Assembly (NCBI GenBank): GCA_964416695.1
Contig: CAYQFG010000001.1
Span: 1-51,612 of the forward strand
Source: an uncultured Bifidobacterium sp.
Lineage (GTDB): Bacteria; Fibrobacterota; Fibrobacteria; UBA11236
Reading direction: 5' to 3'
DNA: 51,612 nt
Position 1 is the first letter of the stretch. Every line of letters begins with the position of its first letter. The notes under the pieces are model-generated. The model was not told where the DNA came from. It worked only from the letters and a program-made list of their open reading frames with translations, and did no database searches. Below are positions 49,832 through 51,612 of the stretch, one piece after another. Both the position numbers and the translations under genes were made by a program.

Positions 49832-51612
49832 GTGAAGAAAACATATTTGAATCCGGGAAAGAGCCGCTTGCTCTCGCTGGCGATGCTGGCAGTGGCCGTG
49901 CCTGCCGCCGCGCAATATTCCTTCGACGGCTGCACCGACCTGCAGCCCACCGATTTCCAGCGTACGGAACTGTTCAGCCGCAGCGGCAGCACGGGGGCCA
50001 CGACGGTGCCCGACCTGTCCGAACCCGTGGCGATGGCCTTCCATGCCGTGAAGTCGGGGGATTCCGTGGTGGGTGCGGACATCTACTTCGTCCAGCGCAA
50101 GGGGTCGTTCCGCAAGTATGACTTCACCACCAAGGCGGTGAAGCAGATCGGTTTCATCAACACCGCCGAAACCGTGGAAGGCGGAAACGGCGACAACGGC
50201 CTGATGGGCGTAGCGCTTGATCCGGGTTTCCAGACCAACCGCTGGGTGTACCTGTGGTACGTGCCTCCGCGCGTGGGCCAGGCCAATTACCGGGCCCGCC
50301 TCTCCCGCTTTACCCTCGGCGCCAACGACACGTTGCAGCCCGCCACTGAGAAAAACCTGATCGACATTCTGCTCAGCAAGACGCGCCAGTGGCACGCGGG
50401 CGGCCCCATGCGCTTCGACGCCCACGGCGACCTGTGGGTGACCATCGGCAATAACGGCAACGACTTGAGCGGCAACGGGTCCCAGTATTCAACCACCGAC
50501 AGCAACAGCAGCCAGGAGTGGGGCTCGTCCAGCACCGCCAGCATGCGCGGCGGCGTGATCCGCATCAAGCCGGACAATTCCGAAAAGGGGTATTCCATCC
50601 CTGAAGGAAACTTCGGTCAGTACTGGGCCGATCATTTCGAAAAGAACGGCAATGCGACGTTGGCGGCCGAATATCGCGACCCGGCCAAGGTCTTGCCCGA
50701 AGTGTACGTCAAGGGAACGCGCAGCAACTTTTCCATCTGGGTGCATCCGACCAAGCGCTGGCTGGCCTGGGGCGAAGTCAACTACCAGACCACCAACGAC
50801 GAGTATCACATCCTGACGACGCCCGGGTTCACGGGCTTCCCGTACTGGCACAAGAACAACATCGCGACGCCCTCGGGTTCCTGGACGGCCCCGGTGGGTC
50901 ACAGCGTCGCGACGCCCCTCAACAACTCGCCCCTGAACAGCGGCGTGAAGCAGCTGCCGCCCGCCGAATCCGCCACACTGTGGTTCCAGAGCGGCGCCCC
51001 CACGGCGACGACGCTGCCCACGAACGTGGCCATCGGCGGCGACGTGTACCTCTACGACCGGAACCTGAAGTCGGCCGTCAAGTTTCCCCCTCACTTCCAT
51101 CACGTGTGGTTGATGATGCAAAGCATCCACAATCAGGTCCAGGTCTACGGGAGCGTGATCGACAGCAATACCGTGACCGTGAAGACGACGCCCGCGCGCC
51201 TGGACAACGGCGTGCTGGCCCTGAACACCGCGCCCGGCAACGTGCGTCGCCCCGTTCAGGCCTCTTACGGTCCTGACGGCGCGCTGTACTTCCTGAACTA
51301 CGGCGGCGGCGATTATGCTGCGAACGCGAACTCCGGCGTGTTGCGGGTGACCTACACGGGCAGCTGCCACCTGGATCCGGTTTCGGTGATGGCCCCCAAG
51401 CCGCTGTCCGAACTCCGCACCCGCTTCCATGCGGGCCGCCTGAGCGTGCTCGAGCCGGGGCGTCACACCCTCGCGCTGTACGCGGCTTCGGGTCGCGAAG
51501 TGTTCCGCGCTTCGGGTGAGTTGGGTGCGTCGTATGACCTGAAGGCCCTGCGCGGTTCCGCGACCGGTGTGTACACCGTGCGCGTCACCACGGACAAGGG
51601 CACTTTCGCGCG
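49832..51612 (+). CDS. Secreted PQQ-type glucose/sorbosone dehydrogenase-like beta-propeller protein with T9SS-type C-terminal domain, 3' end cut by window edge
   Basis: My own translation from the GTG at 49832, preceded by AGGAGG. This frame is not in the ORF track because no stop is reached. Signal peptide VKKTYLNPGKSRLLSLAMLAVAVPAAAQ. Contains NGLMGVALDPGF..NRWVYLWY, WHAGGPMRFDAHGDLWVTIGNNG, GGVIRIKPD and GPDGALYFLNYGG. The tail reads TLALYAASGREV...TGVYTVRVTT. Confidence 0.7.
   Translation, partial: MKKTYLNPGKSRLLSLAMLAVAVPAAAQYSFDGCTDLQPTDFQRTELFSRSGSTGATTVPDLSEPVAMAFHAVKSGDSVVGADIYFVQRKGSFRKYDFTTKAVKQIGFINTAETVEGGNGDNGLMGVALDPGFQTNRWVYLWYVPPRVGQANYRARLSRFTLGANDTLQPATEKNLIDILLSKTRQWHAGGPMRFDAHGDLWVTIGNNGNDLSGNGSQYSTTDSNSSQEWGSSSTASMRGGVIRIKPDNSEKGYSIPEGNFGQYWADHFEKNGNATLAAEYRDPAKVLPEVYVKGTRSNFSIWVHPTKRWLAWGEVNYQTTNDEYHILTTPGFTGFPYWHKNNIATPSGSWTAPVGHSVATPLNNSPLNSGVKQLPPAESATLWFQSGAPTATTLPTNVAIGGDVYLYDRNLKSAVKFPPHFHHVWLMMQSIHNQVQVYGSVIDSNTVTVKTTPARLDNGVLALNTAPGNVRRPVQASYGPDGALYFLNYGGGDYAANANSGVLRVTYTGSCHLDPVSVMAPKPLSELRTRFHAGRLSVLEPGRHTLALYAASGREVFRASGELGASYDLKALRGSATGVYTVRVTTDKGTFA

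Overview
Visibly GC-rich bacterial chromosomal window, GC not computed. It is densely coded: I support about 38 CDS, one tRNA-Ala(CGC), one TPP riboswitch, several intrinsic terminators and an unusual number of short intergenic tandem repeats. Most of the window is housekeeping: tadA, prmA, recO, gluQ, panB, thiC, gmhA, araD-araB, gyrA, surE, hisS-queF-serC, mltG, obg, ilvC and ffh. I see no integrase, transposase, reverse transcriptase, CRISPR array, toxin-antitoxin pair or recognisable defence gene. The many very long ORFs antisense to real genes are GC-driven shadow frames. Three secreted proteins end in a T9SS-type C-terminal sorting domain and several genes have strong AGGAGG Shine-Dalgarno sites, which loosely suggests an FCB-superphylum-like but non-Bacteroidota organism (inference only). 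The best candidate for an undescribed system is the accessory-looking locus at 41.0-51.6 kb. It holds a PAS-AraC regulator, two tandem paralogous outer-membrane proteins of no family I recognise, a sorting-domain-tagged ThuA-like protein, a His-motif polytopic membrane protein fused to TPR repeats, a sorting-domain-tagged PQQ-type sugar dehydrogenase-like beta-propeller, and a divergent xylose-isomerase-like TIM-barrel gene with a 75-aa ORF. Other items worth a second look are an AraR-type regulator with two tandem GntR winged-helix domains, an AT-rich palindromic element just downstream of it, a 30-bp-phased GTTGGTGCC motif array between ilvC and ffh, and recurrent 10-35 bp tandem duplications, several of them exactly 16 bp, in leaders, terminators and intergenic DNA.
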